DNA of 64,000 bases from Candidatus Staskawiczbacteria bacterium (GCA_023245155.1 JAHFKV010000001.1:11034-75033); one strand, 5' to 3'. Counted from the first letter of the stretch, positions 49,191 to 58,063 are shown. A program made the numbers and translations. The notes: generated by a model from the letters alone, not told the origin.

Positions 49191-50729
49191 CTACTTTATA
49201 ATCACCACGTCGCCATCTTTGAGCCCCGAAACAATTTCCGCTTGGCCGGAAGAAGAAATTTCTCCCACCACAACGGCTCGTTGCTCAATCTTATCTCCAT
49301 TTTTTACCGGTACAAACTTTCCTGAAGCGTCACCAGTAATAATTCCTTGTGGCACGGCAATCACGTTTGATTTTTTTTCAGTGGTAATCACCACATTGGC
49401 CGTCATACCATTACGCACATCCACACCATTATCATTTAATTCCAATTTTAACTTATAGGTTGAAACGCCATCTTTAATGGTTTCCGATGGGTCAATCGAA
49501 ACCACTTCGGCGTTAAATATTTTATCTGCACCATAAGCATCCAGCGTCACATCGGCATCATTTCCAATTTTTACCAACGCCACATAAATTTCCGGCACAT
49601 AACTTTCAATTTGAAATTTTCCTGCGCTAATCATGCTCGCCGCTGGCTCGGTAACCGAAGAAATACTGCCCACTTTGGCATTAACGGTTGTAATCGTTCC
49701 ATCAATCGGAGCAAAAATTTCCCGCTTTCTTATCTGTGCCTGCACATCTTGAGCCTGAGCCTCGGCCTGACTAATTTGCGCCTGATAAACCGCAATGTCG
49801 GTGTCTCTGGCCGGAGCCTTAACCGAATCCAAATTATTTTGCGCTTGCTGCAAAGCAGTTTTATAAGAAGCAATACTCGTCTGGCTAGCAGTTAAATTAG
49901 TCAGCGCCGTATTAATATTGGTTTTTTGTGTATCGAGCGAAGCTTTGTCGGTAGCGGTAACTCTTGAATAGTAGACATCAATATCGCACTGCTCCCTGAT
50001 CACTTTTAAGCCCGCATAGGTATTATTAAGATCCGAAAGCACACGACTTATTTGGGTATCAGGAGCGCCCTGCAAACCATTATTTGCGTCACCAAGATTA
50101 TTTTTAGCATCTTGTAAATCATGGCTAATATCATTTTTGGCATTCTGTACATTAATACCTGCAGCATCAGCACTGGTAAAATACGTGTTTTGCATGTACA
50201 GCGCCACCGTATAAGCATTGTAAATGGCATTGTACGATGTATTTAAGGTAACCAAAGTGCTCTGATCAGCATTCTTTAAATCTTGGTCAGCTGAGGCCAC
50301 TTTATCCTCTGCAATTTTAACATCTTCGTGGCTGGCGCCCGCCAAAAGCTGTGCCAACTTGGCTTTTTGCAAATCAATCCCGGCCCGCATTTGAGATAAT
50401 TGGGCACTCAATTGGGCTATATCTTGGCTGGCAATAAACTTGCCGGCAAAAACCTGGTCGCCCTCTTTTACCGTAACCGCCCGGACAATTCCCGCTTGCT
50501 CAAACGACAAATCCAAATTTTGGGTGGCCATCACCTTCCCTGAAACCGAAACCTGCTGCAAAAAATCGGCCGGATGCACGGTCAGCGTTTGCTGGGTTGT
50601 TTTTTTATTAAAGAAAAGAAAGTAGGCGCCAAGAACTACAACAATAGCAACAATTCCCCAAATAATTCTTCTTCGCCAGGCCATAGCTTTAGCGGAGGCT
50701 GGTTTTGTAAATAGCTTTTTGATATTCAT
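49191..50729 (-). CDS. HlyD/MacA-type periplasmic adaptor with long coiled coil
   Basis: TM anchor, lipoyl-like and beta-barrel ends, ~250 aa Ala/Gln-rich coiled coil. Confidence 0.8.
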   Translation of the reverse strand: MNIKKLFTKPASAKAMAWRRRIIWGIVAIVVVLGAYFLFFNKKTTQQTLTVHPADFLQQVSVSGKVMATQNLDLSFEQAGIVRAVTVKEGDQVFAGKFIASQDIAQLSAQLSQMRAGIDLQKAKLAQLLAGASHEDVKIAEDKVASADQDLKNADQSTLVTLNTSYNAIYNAYTVALYMQNTYFTSADAAGINVQNAKNDISHDLQDAKNNLGDANNGLQGAPDTQISRVLSDLNNTYAGLKVIREQCDIDVYYSRVTATDKASLDTQKTNINTALTNLTASQTSIASYKTALQQAQNNLDSVKAPARDTDIAVYQAQISQAEAQAQDVQAQIRKREIFAPIDGTITTVNAKVGSISSVTEPAASMISAGKFQIESYVPEIYVALVKIGNDADVTLDAYGADKIFNAEVVSIDPSETIKDGVSTYKLKLELNDNGVDVRNGMTANVVITTEKKSNVIAVPQGIITGDASGKFVPVKNGDKIEQRAVVVGEISSSGQAEIVSGLKDGDVVIIK

Positions 50730-50731
50730 GG

Positions 50732-51157
50732 TTATATTTTTGAAAGTAATTTATATTGCAATTTCACATATTGTTTTAATTCCGCATCGCTTAATGCGCC
50801 AAATAAAGTGTGGGCAATAGCTTCGTGCCGCTTTTTCATGGTTACAGCATACGTTTTTCCCTTTTTAGAAACTGCCAGGTCAAGTTCACGCTTATCGTGC
50901 TTGTTGGTTTTACGTGTGATAAAGCCCCGGTGCACTAGCTCGCCCACCAGCTGGGTAGCGGCGCTTTGAGAAACCCCAAGCTTTTGGGCAATATCCTTAA
51001 CGCTGGCGTTTTTGTGGACGGCAATCAATTCAAGCACACACCACTGTGAAAGGGTAAGAGTATGTTTATCGCCATCCAAAAACTGCGCTTGCATTTTGTT
51101 CTTGAAGGCTTGAAAGTTATTGATAATTTGCGCAATCAGCTGCTTTTTGGTCTGCAT
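50732..51157 (-). CDS. MarR-family transcriptional regulator
   Basis: winged HTH VKDIAQKLGVSQSAATQLVGELVHRGFITR. Confidence 0.88.
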   Translation of the reverse strand: MQTKKQLIAQIINNFQAFKNKMQAQFLDGDKHTLTLSQWCVLELIAVHKNASVKDIAQKLGVSQSAATQLVGELVHRGFITRKTNKHDKRELDLAVSKKGKTYAVTMKKRHEAIAHTLFGALSDAELKQYVKLQYKLLSKI

Positions 51158-51161
51158 ATTA

Positions 51162-51195
51162 TTAGTTAAGATACTTATATAAGTATCTTAACTAA
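51162..51195. promoter_or_regulatory. perfect 34-bp palindrome, probable MarR operator overlapping the operon promoter
   Basis: TTAGTTAAGATACTTAT|ATAAGTATCTTAACTAA; minus-strand TTGACA (51208-51213)-17 nt-TAAGAT (51185-51190). Confidence 0.7.
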
Positions 51196-51240
51196 TTCAA
51201 AGCTGCGTGTCAACAAGCCCCTCCTCCTCAGAACGATTTG

Positions 51241-51269
51241 TTGACAAATAACTTTAATACATGTAGGAT
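51241..51269 (+). promoter_or_regulatory. sigma70 promoter of island-5 ORF
   Basis: TTGACA-17 nt-TAGGAT, AGGAGG SD at 51312. Confidence 0.6.
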
Positions 51270-51322
51270 AGTAATAAATTAGAAGCGCGCCCTTTCAATC
51301 ACTTAATAAATAGGAGGCCGGT

Positions 51323-51754
51323 ATGCGACGATCTCATGTGGTCTTTTATAGGACCAACCCAAACAATCCGAAGGCAGCAGCGCGAATCGTACAGAAGGCA
51401 AGGGAACTATTTGAGCCGATTTGCCGTGCTGGGGACATCCACTTTCACGCAGCCACGATCCCACCACCCACCCGAGCAGTGCAAGGAAACGAATTCCAGG
51501 TGATGCTGAATTTCATTTTCCCAAATCAGGAAAGCTACGAGTGGTATATGGCTCATGAGAACCATCGTGCATTCGTGCGCTTCGTGCTGTTCGGACTGAG
51601 ATTGAAGGGCGATGAGGAAGTGGGTGCCCAAAACCGATTCTTCGCCCACGTCCTCTACTCATCGCCCAGCGATCCACCCAAAGAATGGGAAAAAGATCCG
51701 GATATCGCTGAAGACTTCGTCGTCTGGGGAGGTGAAAGGGTCTTCGATGCCTAA
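51323..51754 (+). CDS. Dabb-like (stress-responsive alpha/beta barrel) protein in GC-rich island 5
   Basis: 143 aa; FPNQESYEWYMAHENHRAFV resembles the Dabb signature; tentative. Confidence 0.55.
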   Translation: MRRSHVVFYRTNPNNPKAAARIVQKARELFEPICRAGDIHFHAATIPPPTRAVQGNEFQVMLNFIFPNQESYEWYMAHENHRAFVRFVLFGLRLKGDEEVGAQNRFFAHVLYSSPSDPPKEWEKDPDIAEDFVVWGGERVFDA

Positions 51755-51818
51755 CCCAACCATCCACCGCGTTCTCGCTATAAGCTCACTGGTCAATTTG
51801 ATCTTTGGGCTTCTTTTT

Positions 51819-52595
51819 TTATATCTCAATCTCCACCTCCACCGGGCAATGGTCGCTGCCCAAAACTTCCGGCAAAATTAAGGCTTTTTTTATTTTAGGT
51901 TTTAACACCTTGCTGGCAAAGATGTAGTCAATGCGCCAGCCGACGTTCCTTGCCCTGGAATTGGCAAAATGGCTCCACCAGGTGTAGTGGCCATTGCCCT
52001 GCGTAAACATTCTGAACGTATCAACAAAACCGGCTTTCACCACATTATCAATTCCGCTTCTCTCTTCTGTTGTGAATCCCTTTTTACCCACATTTGGTTT
52101 TGGATTGGCCAAGTCGTCAGCCGTGTGCGCCACATTTAAGTCTCCGCAGAAAACGACAGGCTTAGATTTCTCAAGCTGGCGCATGTATTCCAAAAACGCA
52201 GGATCCCATTGTTTGTGGCGCAATGGAATTCTACTCAAATCATCCTTGGCATTGGGAGTATAAACAGAAACCACAAAAAACTTTTCAAACTCCGCAGTTA
52301 TCACCCTTCCCTCGCGAGCTGGATCCCCATAACTGTCTTCAAATTTTCCCTTCATTCCATTAATAACAGAAATAGGCTTTTCTTTCGTAAAAATAGCTGT
52401 GCCACTGTAGCCCGGCCGTTCGGCCGAATTCCAATATTCTTCATAATCTGGCAGGTCAACTTCGCTTTGGTGGTCAAACGCCTTTGTTTCCTGCAAACAC
52501 AACACATCCGGCTGATATTTTTCAATAAACGGCAAAAACAGTCCCTTTTTATGGACTGCTCTAATGCCATTCACATTCCAAGAGATGATTTTCAT
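51819..52595 (-). CDS. xth: exodeoxyribonuclease III
   Basis: MKIISWNVNGIRA, LQETK, SDHCPV. Confidence 0.95.
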   Translation of the reverse strand: MKIISWNVNGIRAVHKKGLFLPFIEKYQPDVLCLQETKAFDHQSEVDLPDYEEYWNSAERPGYSGTAIFTKEKPISVINGMKGKFEDSYGDPAREGRVITAEFEKFFVVSVYTPNAKDDLSRIPLRHKQWDPAFLEYMRQLEKSKPVVFCGDLNVAHTADDLANPKPNVGKKGFTTEERSGIDNVVKAGFVDTFRMFTQGNGHYTWWSHFANSRARNVGWRIDYIFASKVLKPKIKKALILPEVLGSDHCPVEVEIEI

Positions 52596-52984
52596 ATATT
52601 CTCTTCAATAAAATGTTTCAATGCTTCCAAATCTTTTTTCTCGTTATCGTAGTGGTAGGTTGTTATCCCAGCCGATTTAGCGCTTTTGACGGCTTCCGGG
52701 TTGTGTTCAAAGTAAATAACGTTATCTTTTTTTAAACCAAACTGCAAAAGCATGGTTTCATAATACGTTGGATTAGTTTTTTCAGGGTTATGTTTTAGGG
52801 TAAAAACTTCGTAAGGCAATTTATCTAATCCAAACTTTTTAAATTGTTCATCATTAGCTCCAGTTAACACAATTTTCCGGTTTGGAAAAGTTTCCAGTAA
52901 TTCATGCATTTCTTTAAATATCTCAAACGTTCCATCTTTTTCAATGACAAGGCAATATGCCGCATCAACAAGAATAGTTTTCAT
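52592..52984 (-). CDS. small HAD-like hydrolase
   Basis: 130 aa, HAD-like fold pattern, degenerate motif I (VDAAY). Confidence 0.45.
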   Translation of the reverse strand: MKTILVDAAYCLVIEKDGTFEIFKEMHELLETFPNRKIVLTGANDEQFKKFGLDKLPYEVFTLKHNPEKTNPTYYETMLLQFGLKKDNVIYFEHNPEAVKSAKSAGITTYHYDNEKKDLEALKHFIEENI

Positions 52985-52985
52985 A

Positions 52986-53396
52986 CTAACTTTTCTTCAT
53001 GCTCGGCGGAACTTCATGCAATCCCATCAAATTACCCTCCGTGTCTTTAAACGCCGCAATCCAACCCATATTGGGTGCAATTTCGGTTTTTGGCAAAGCC
53101 ACGGTTCCGCCGTTGGCGATGATGGTTTTAAACATTTCATCAATTGAGTCAACATGAATGTAATTCATAAACGGCTGGCCAGTGTTTTGGCGCTTCATCA
53201 AGCCGCCGTTAATCGCGCCCGGAGTTTTGGGCTGAAATTTTTCGTCAACCTCGGTAGTTCTTACTCCGTAGTATGGGTCTTTGCCATCGGGCATCGGGAA
53301 TTCATTAATTTCCCAGCCAAAAGTTTTGGCATAAAAATCTTTAGCGCGCAAAACATTATCAGCCGGAATTTCGAAATGCACAATTGAGTTTTTCAT
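52986..53396 (-). CDS. VOC/glyoxalase-family protein
   Basis: HFEIPADNVLRAKDFYAKTFGWEI. Confidence 0.8.
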   Translation of the reverse strand: MKNSIVHFEIPADNVLRAKDFYAKTFGWEINEFPMPDGKDPYYGVRTTEVDEKFQPKTPGAINGGLMKRQNTGQPFMNYIHVDSIDEMFKTIIANGGTVALPKTEIAPNMGWIAAFKDTEGNLMGLHEVPPSMKKS

Positions 53397-53404
53397 AAAT
53401 AAGT

Positions 53405-53833
53405 TTACGCAAATTTAATAATAACTATTGAGCCGATAAAAATAAGTGCTCCGCCGATGAAAAAATATACATTGGGCGTTGAACGAAAAAGGATATAGCT
53501 AAATAATACCACGGAAAATGGATAGGCAATTTCAATAATAGAAGCAGTTGATGCATTCAGATTTTTAATGCCATAAAAAATGAAGAAATTGGCTAAAGTG
53601 CCCAGTATCAGACAAACAACAACTAAAAACCAATTTATTCTACCTGACATGAGAGCATCTTTGATTGAACCGCTATAGAAAAATATAAACGGCAGCATAA
53701 TGAATGGGGAGATTACAGCATCAATAATCAATAAATTCATTGGCGAAACATCTGAAAGGATTATTTGGTCTATTGCGTATACCAACCCCCAGGTAACTGC
53801 TGCTCCGATAGCATACATAAATCCAGTTTCCAT
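53405..53833 (-). CDS. half-size EamA-like transporter (single 5-TM domain)
   Basis: 142 aa hydrophobic, EamA-like pattern. Confidence 0.55.
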   Translation of the reverse strand: METGFMYAIGAAVTWGLVYAIDQIILSDVSPMNLLIIDAVISPFIMLPFIFFYSGSIKDALMSGRINWFLVVVCLILGTLANFFIFYGIKNLNASTASIIEIAYPFSVVLFSYILFRSTPNVYFFIGGALIFIGSIVIIKFA

Positions 53834-53855
53834 AATTTTATAAGATTAATTTACT

Positions 53856-54080
53856 TTACCGATGCCTGCAACCCACCCAGCAACACGGCCGGCGTTTGCC
53901 ATCGATTAATTCCTCCCGCGCACGGCGAACGTGGTCTTTCCTTGTTTCTTCCTTTTTAACCGATTGGACCCAGCAAATCCATTCATTACGAGCCAACGGC
54001 GTAATATCTTCCCACGCGGCTAATGCTTTCGGAGTAGAAACAAGAGCTTTCTTTAAATCTGCTGGCAATTTATGTAGCAT
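53856..54080 (-). CDS. YdeI/OmpD-associated family small protein
   Basis: PADLKKAL...NEWICWVQSVKKEETRKDHVRRA; the track N-terminal extension runs through tRNA-Ser, so it was trimmed to MLHKLP. Confidence 0.6.
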   Translation of the reverse strand: MLHKLPADLKKALVSTPKALAAWEDITPLARNEWICWVQSVKKEETRKDHVRRAREELIDGKRRPCCWVGCRHR

Positions 54081-54094
54081 TTCTTTGATCACGG

Positions 54095-54178
54095 CGGAGG
54101 GTATCGGACTCGAACCGATGAGTCCCTTGCGGGACACAGCTTTCCAAGCTGTTGCAATAGCCACTATGCGAACCCTCC
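54095..54178 (-). tRNA. tRNA-Ser (GGA), class II with long variable arm
   Basis: manual fold: GGAGGGT/ACCCTCC acceptor, ACAGC-TTGGAAA-GCTGT, variable arm TCCC-GCAA-GGGA, ATCGG-TTCGAGT-CCGAT. Confidence 0.9.
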
Positions 54179-54424
54179 CAGGGTATCTTTTAATTTCTCC
54201 TTTAATACTTCACGCCCATGGCCTGTTTTAAAATACTTTTCAGCTTCCTGGGCATCCTTCTTACTAATATAGGCTTCGTAAAAAATTAAGTCAAATGAAC
54301 CATTTTTTGAAGTAAAACTAGAATTTCCAGATTTATGATCTGCAATTCTGCGCTTCAAATCATTAGTAAAACCTTTATAGAGTTTACCGTTCTGTTTAAA
54401 ATATAAAATATAAAAATAATACAT
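54164..54424 (-). CDS. small GIY-YIG (URI-type) nuclease
   Basis: YYFYILYFKQNGKLYKGFTNDLKRRIADH; the last 15 nt including the stop lie inside tRNA-Ser. Confidence 0.8.
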   Translation of the reverse strand: MYYFYILYFKQNGKLYKGFTNDLKRRIADHKSGNSSFTSKNGSFDLIFYEAYISKKDAQEAEKYFKTGHGREVLKEKLKDTLGGFA

Positions 54425-54502
54425 ATAGATTCAGCCATTTCAGCCACTTCTGCCTCTTCGGCAGATCCGCCGTTGAGGCGGAATGCGCCCCCTCCAACGA
54501 GA

Positions 54503-55276
54503 TTACTTTATTACAAAAATAAAGAAAAACAAAGCCACCACAATCCTATAAATCCCGAATGCAGTGAATGTGTGGCTTTTAATGAAGCCCACCAGCCATT
54601 TTACCGAGAGCATGGCTGAAATAAAAGCTACCACAAAACCTATAAAAAGTATACCCAATTGGCTATTGTTAAAACTGTGCGACGATTTTAAAAAGTCATA
54701 TCCTGTGGCTGCGGCCATAGTAGGAATAGCGAGTAAAAAAGAAAACTCTACAATGGCTTCGCGTGTAATACCCATGGCCATGCCAGCCACAATAGTTGCT
54801 CCACTCCGCGAAACTCCGGGGATGATAGCCAATGCCTGCGCCACACCAATGGTGAAAGATTTTTTGTAGGTTATTTCTTTTGGCGCGCGCCGCGCAGCGG
54901 CGTGCGCATACCACCATTCAAACGCAATCAGCGCCAACCCTCCAAGCGCCAAGGCCCAAACCACGATTATGGCATTGGAAAGCAAGTACGTCTTGAGCAC
55001 CTTATACAACAAAAACCCGATAACCGCCGTCGGTAAAAATGCCACTGCCACTTTTTTCCATAATTCTTTGCCACCATGCCAAATCCGGTGCCAATACAAA
55101 ACCACAACAGCTAAAATGGACCCAAGCTGAATAATAATTTCAAAACTCTTGGTAAAATCGCTATTGGCAATACCCATTAACTTGCTTGCCAAAATCATAT
55201 GCCCCGTGCTAGAAATCGGCAAAAATTCTGTTACGCCCTCAACAATGCCCAAAATGATGGATTGAATTATGGTCAT
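54503..55276 (-). CDS. uppP: undecaprenyl-diphosphate phosphatase
   Basis: GIVEGVTEFLPISSTGH and PGVSRSGATI motifs; start at MTIIQS. Confidence 0.93.
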   Translation of the reverse strand: MTIIQSIILGIVEGVTEFLPISSTGHMILASKLMGIANSDFTKSFEIIIQLGSILAVVVLYWHRIWHGGKELWKKVAVAFLPTAVIGFLLYKVLKTYLLSNAIIVVWALALGGLALIAFEWWYAHAAARRAPKEITYKKSFTIGVAQALAIIPGVSRSGATIVAGMAMGITREAIVEFSFLLAIPTMAAATGYDFLKSSHSFNNSQLGILFIGFVVAFISAMLSVKWLVGFIKSHTFTAFGIYRIVVALFFFIFVIK

Positions 55277-55294
55277 GAATTTGGAGCGAAGGCA

Positions 55295-55348
55295 TTCTTC
55301 CAAAAGAGCTCCTCGGAGGCGAGCCGCTTTGTCGGCTCGCTGAGAGAG
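55295..55348 (+). repeat. partial (5' half) copy of the three-way-junction repeat
   Basis: TTCCAAAAG-AGCTCCTCG-GAG-GCGAGCCG-CTTTGT-CGGCTCGC-TGAGAG; no P3 and no 3' P1 arm. Confidence 0.55.
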
Positions 55349-55417
55349 AAGCAAATTTTTCTATATCGTTGTGGAAAAATTATGCTGTATCTTTTGGGGG
55401 AATGCCCAAGCAAAATG

Positions 55418-56326
55418 CTAAATTTGCATGTCTCTTAATGCTTTAACCCTTTCCTCAATAGGTGGGTGGGTGGAAAATAACTTTACGAACCAGCTGCCTT
55501 TGCCAGAATCTTCTTTAAATGGAGATTCAATGTATAAATGCGAAGTGGCGGTGTTAGCGCTTTTCATGGGAGTTGGGTCGGCTGCAATTTTTTCCAGTGC
55601 GCTGGCCAGGCCTTCCGGGTAACGCGTCAAAAGCGCTCCATCGGCATCCGCTAATGATTCTCGCTTACGAGAAATGGCTAACTGCAACAGGGTGGCTGCA
55701 ATCGGCGCCAAAATGGCTGCAATTAATCCGGCAATCATTAAAATAGCGGCAGCGTTGTCGCGGTCGCGCCCGCGGGCGCGACCGCCCCCAAAAAAACTAA
55801 TCCGCAAAAAAAAGTTTGCCAAAAGCGCCACCACGCCCGCCAGCACCACAACCACCGTACTTAAAAGCATGTCTTTATTGCCGATATGCGACAGTTCGTG
55901 AGCAATTACGCCCTCTAATTCTGTTTTATTTAAACGCTGCAAAAGCCCGGCAGTTACAGCGACTACCGCATGATTTTTATCGCGCCCCGTGGCAAAAGCA
56001 TTTGGCTGCATTTCTGGAGTAATGTAGATTTTAGGAACGGGCAAGCCCGCGGTAATGCACAAATTTTCTATAATCCGGTATAGCTCCGGATTATCTGCCT
56101 TCTGGATTTCCTGCGCTCCGGCCATGCTCAAAACAATTTTATCTGAAAACCAATAACTGCCAATACTCATGGCAACACTCAAAATAACCGCAAACACCAA
56201 AATAGCATCGCTTTGTAATGCCTGCGAAAACAGCCAGCCGATAGCAATCACAAACACCAAAAACCCAGTTATCAAAAACCATGTTTTACGAGTATTAGAA
56301 TCTGCTTGTGTGTAAATTGAAGCCAT
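55418..56326 (-). CDS. htpX: M48 zinc metalloprotease HtpX
   Basis: HELSHIGNKD zinc motif, 4 TM. Confidence 0.92.
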   Translation of the reverse strand: MASIYTQADSNTRKTWFLITGFLVFVIAIGWLFSQALQSDAILVFAVILSVAMSIGSYWFSDKIVLSMAGAQEIQKADNPELYRIIENLCITAGLPVPKIYITPEMQPNAFATGRDKNHAVVAVTAGLLQRLNKTELEGVIAHELSHIGNKDMLLSTVVVVLAGVVALLANFFLRISFFGGGRARGRDRDNAAAILMIAGLIAAILAPIAATLLQLAISRKRESLADADGALLTRYPEGLASALEKIAADPTPMKSANTATSHLYIESPFKEDSGKGSWFVKLFSTHPPIEERVKALRDMQI

Positions 56327-56329
56327 AAT

Positions 56330-56908
56330 TTAAGGTGAAAGAGCCGCCTGCCAGTGTAAAATAGCCTTGGCAGGATGCGTAAACATGATGATGTTTAACA
56401 ATAAATTGTCGCGGGTAATAAAACCAACTAAGAGCTCCAAACCAATGACAATAACGATAACTGCCCACACTGGCAAGATCCAGGCTAGCCAGAAACCAGT
56501 CATCATACAAACGGTGTCCATTAATGAATTTACTATGCTGTCGCCATAATAGTCAAAAGAAATGGTGTTGATTTGGAAGCGGTGAAGGGCAAAATGGGTA
56601 TTCTCAAACAATTCCCACCCAGTTGAAAGCGCCACAGCCAGTAAAAATACTACGTATAACGGCCAGCCGAACTTTTTCCGAGCAACCCAGCCTGCAAAGT
56701 ATAAAAGAAAACCGTAAATGACGTGTGAAAACGAATACCAGTCCAGGAGGTGCTGCGAATTTTCAGAGCTGCGCACGGAAGCATCAAAGAGTTTTACATA
56801 GCCGCATGGACAAATAAGCGGATTTCCCAGGAAAACGTAAAGGGAAAAAGCCTGAATTACCAATATTGCCACAACAGCCAGGATAATAATATGAGTTTTC
56901 GTTATCAT
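56330..56908 (-). CDS. DUF2585-like membrane protein
   Basis: LLDWYSFSHVIYGF motif; 5-6 TM. Confidence 0.5.
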   Translation of the reverse strand: MITKTHIIILAVVAILVIQAFSLYVFLGNPLICPCGYVKLFDASVRSSENSQHLLDWYSFSHVIYGFLLYFAGWVARKKFGWPLYVVFLLAVALSTGWELFENTHFALHRFQINTISFDYYGDSIVNSLMDTVCMMTGFWLAWILPVWAVIVIVIGLELLVGFITRDNLLLNIIMFTHPAKAILHWQAALSP

Positions 56909-56930
56909 ATTATTGTAGATGGAAACAGAA

Positions 56931-57503
56931 TTAAAATTTCACTGCAACCGGCTGCCTTTCGGCTTCATTGGCTGTTTGAAATAATTCCATTGCTTTAAAT
57001 CCGAATGCGTTGGCCATCAGATTAGTTGGAAAACTTTCAATTTTAATGTTCAGGTCACGTACATTGGTGTTGTAAAACCTGCGGGCGGCTTGGATTTTAT
57101 CTTCCGTGTCCGTCAATTCATTTTGCAATGCTAAAAAGTTTTGAGCGGCTTTCAATTCCGGATAATTTTCCGAAACCGCAAACAAACTTTTTAAAGTACC
57201 TGAAAGCATATTTTCAGCATCGGCTTTACCTTGCACCCCTTGTGCTGACATAGCATTAGTACGGGCTTTGGTCACATTTTCAAACAATTCTTTTTCATGC
57301 GTGGCATAACCTTTGACCGTTTCCACCAAATTGGGAATCAGGTCATAGCGCCTTTTTAATTGCACATCAATGTCTGCCCAAGCTTCTTTGGCCCGGTTTT
57401 TCAAAGTGACCAAGCCATTAAAAGCCATCACCACCCACAAGGCCAACACCACAACGATAATCAACACAATAAGTTCAAACATGTTATTTTGGCAAATCCT
57501 CAA
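56931..57503 (-). CDS. lemA: LemA family protein
   Basis: N-terminal TM, RRYDLIPNLVETVKGYA, RRFYN motifs. Confidence 0.92.
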   Translation of the reverse strand: MRICQNNMFELIVLIIVVVLALWVVMAFNGLVTLKNRAKEAWADIDVQLKRRYDLIPNLVETVKGYATHEKELFENVTKARTNAMSAQGVQGKADAENMLSGTLKSLFAVSENYPELKAAQNFLALQNELTDTEDKIQAARRFYNTNVRDLNIKIESFPTNLMANAFGFKAMELFQTANEAERQPVAVKF

Positions 57504-58014
57504 TCAGTTTTTCCAAATGAGGATGCTGCGTTAAAAATTTATAATTAAATAATTTAGCTAACATCAAAAATTCTTCCAGTTCTTCCCGGAATTTTTGCGG
57601 ACCACCAAACACCTCCCACAATTGTACTACGAGATTTTTGGCATAGTGGTGCAAAATTTCGTAGTCGGCCTTCTTTTTTAAGTAAATCATGATTTGCTTG
57701 AACTCGCCCCGGTCAAGCCAAATTCCCTGGCAGTGCTTACAAAAATCAATCTTAACGTTTGAGTTGTCATACATAACATGCACCAACGGGATGCGGCACG
57801 AGGGGCACCTTCGTTCAGTTGGCAGTAACTGGAATTTTCCTTTATCACGCCAAATATCAAAATCTAACCAGTTTAACTGCTTGTCTGAATCATTCTTGGC
57901 CAGCGCCAATTCACCGTTATCAAACCAAATGCCAAGGCATTCTGCACAATAATCCACCTCCACGTTATGGAAGAGAGCTTTTTGCATTTGGCCATGTTTA
58001 TTAGGACAATCCAT
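57484..58014 (-). CDS. tandem zf-TFIIB-type zinc-ribbon protein
   Basis: two CP..-..C..C.GIW.D.GE modules. Confidence 0.7.
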   Translation of the reverse strand: MDCPNKHGQMQKALFHNVEVDYCAECLGIWFDNGELALAKNDSDKQLNWLDFDIWRDKGKFQLLPTERRCPSCRIPLVHVMYDNSNVKIDFCKHCQGIWLDRGEFKQIMIYLKKKADYEILHHYAKNLVVQLWEVFGGPQKFREELEEFLMLAKLFNYKFLTQHPHLEKLIEDLPK

Positions 58015-58063
58015 AATTTTATTCTAACTAAAAATATATCCGAATACAAGTCATTTTTATTAT

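Noticed and set aside
53856-54164. Full 102-aa track ORF for the YdeI-like gene
   Set aside because: Its N-terminal 28 codons are the reverse reading of tRNA-Ser, so it was trimmed to the internal Met at 54080.
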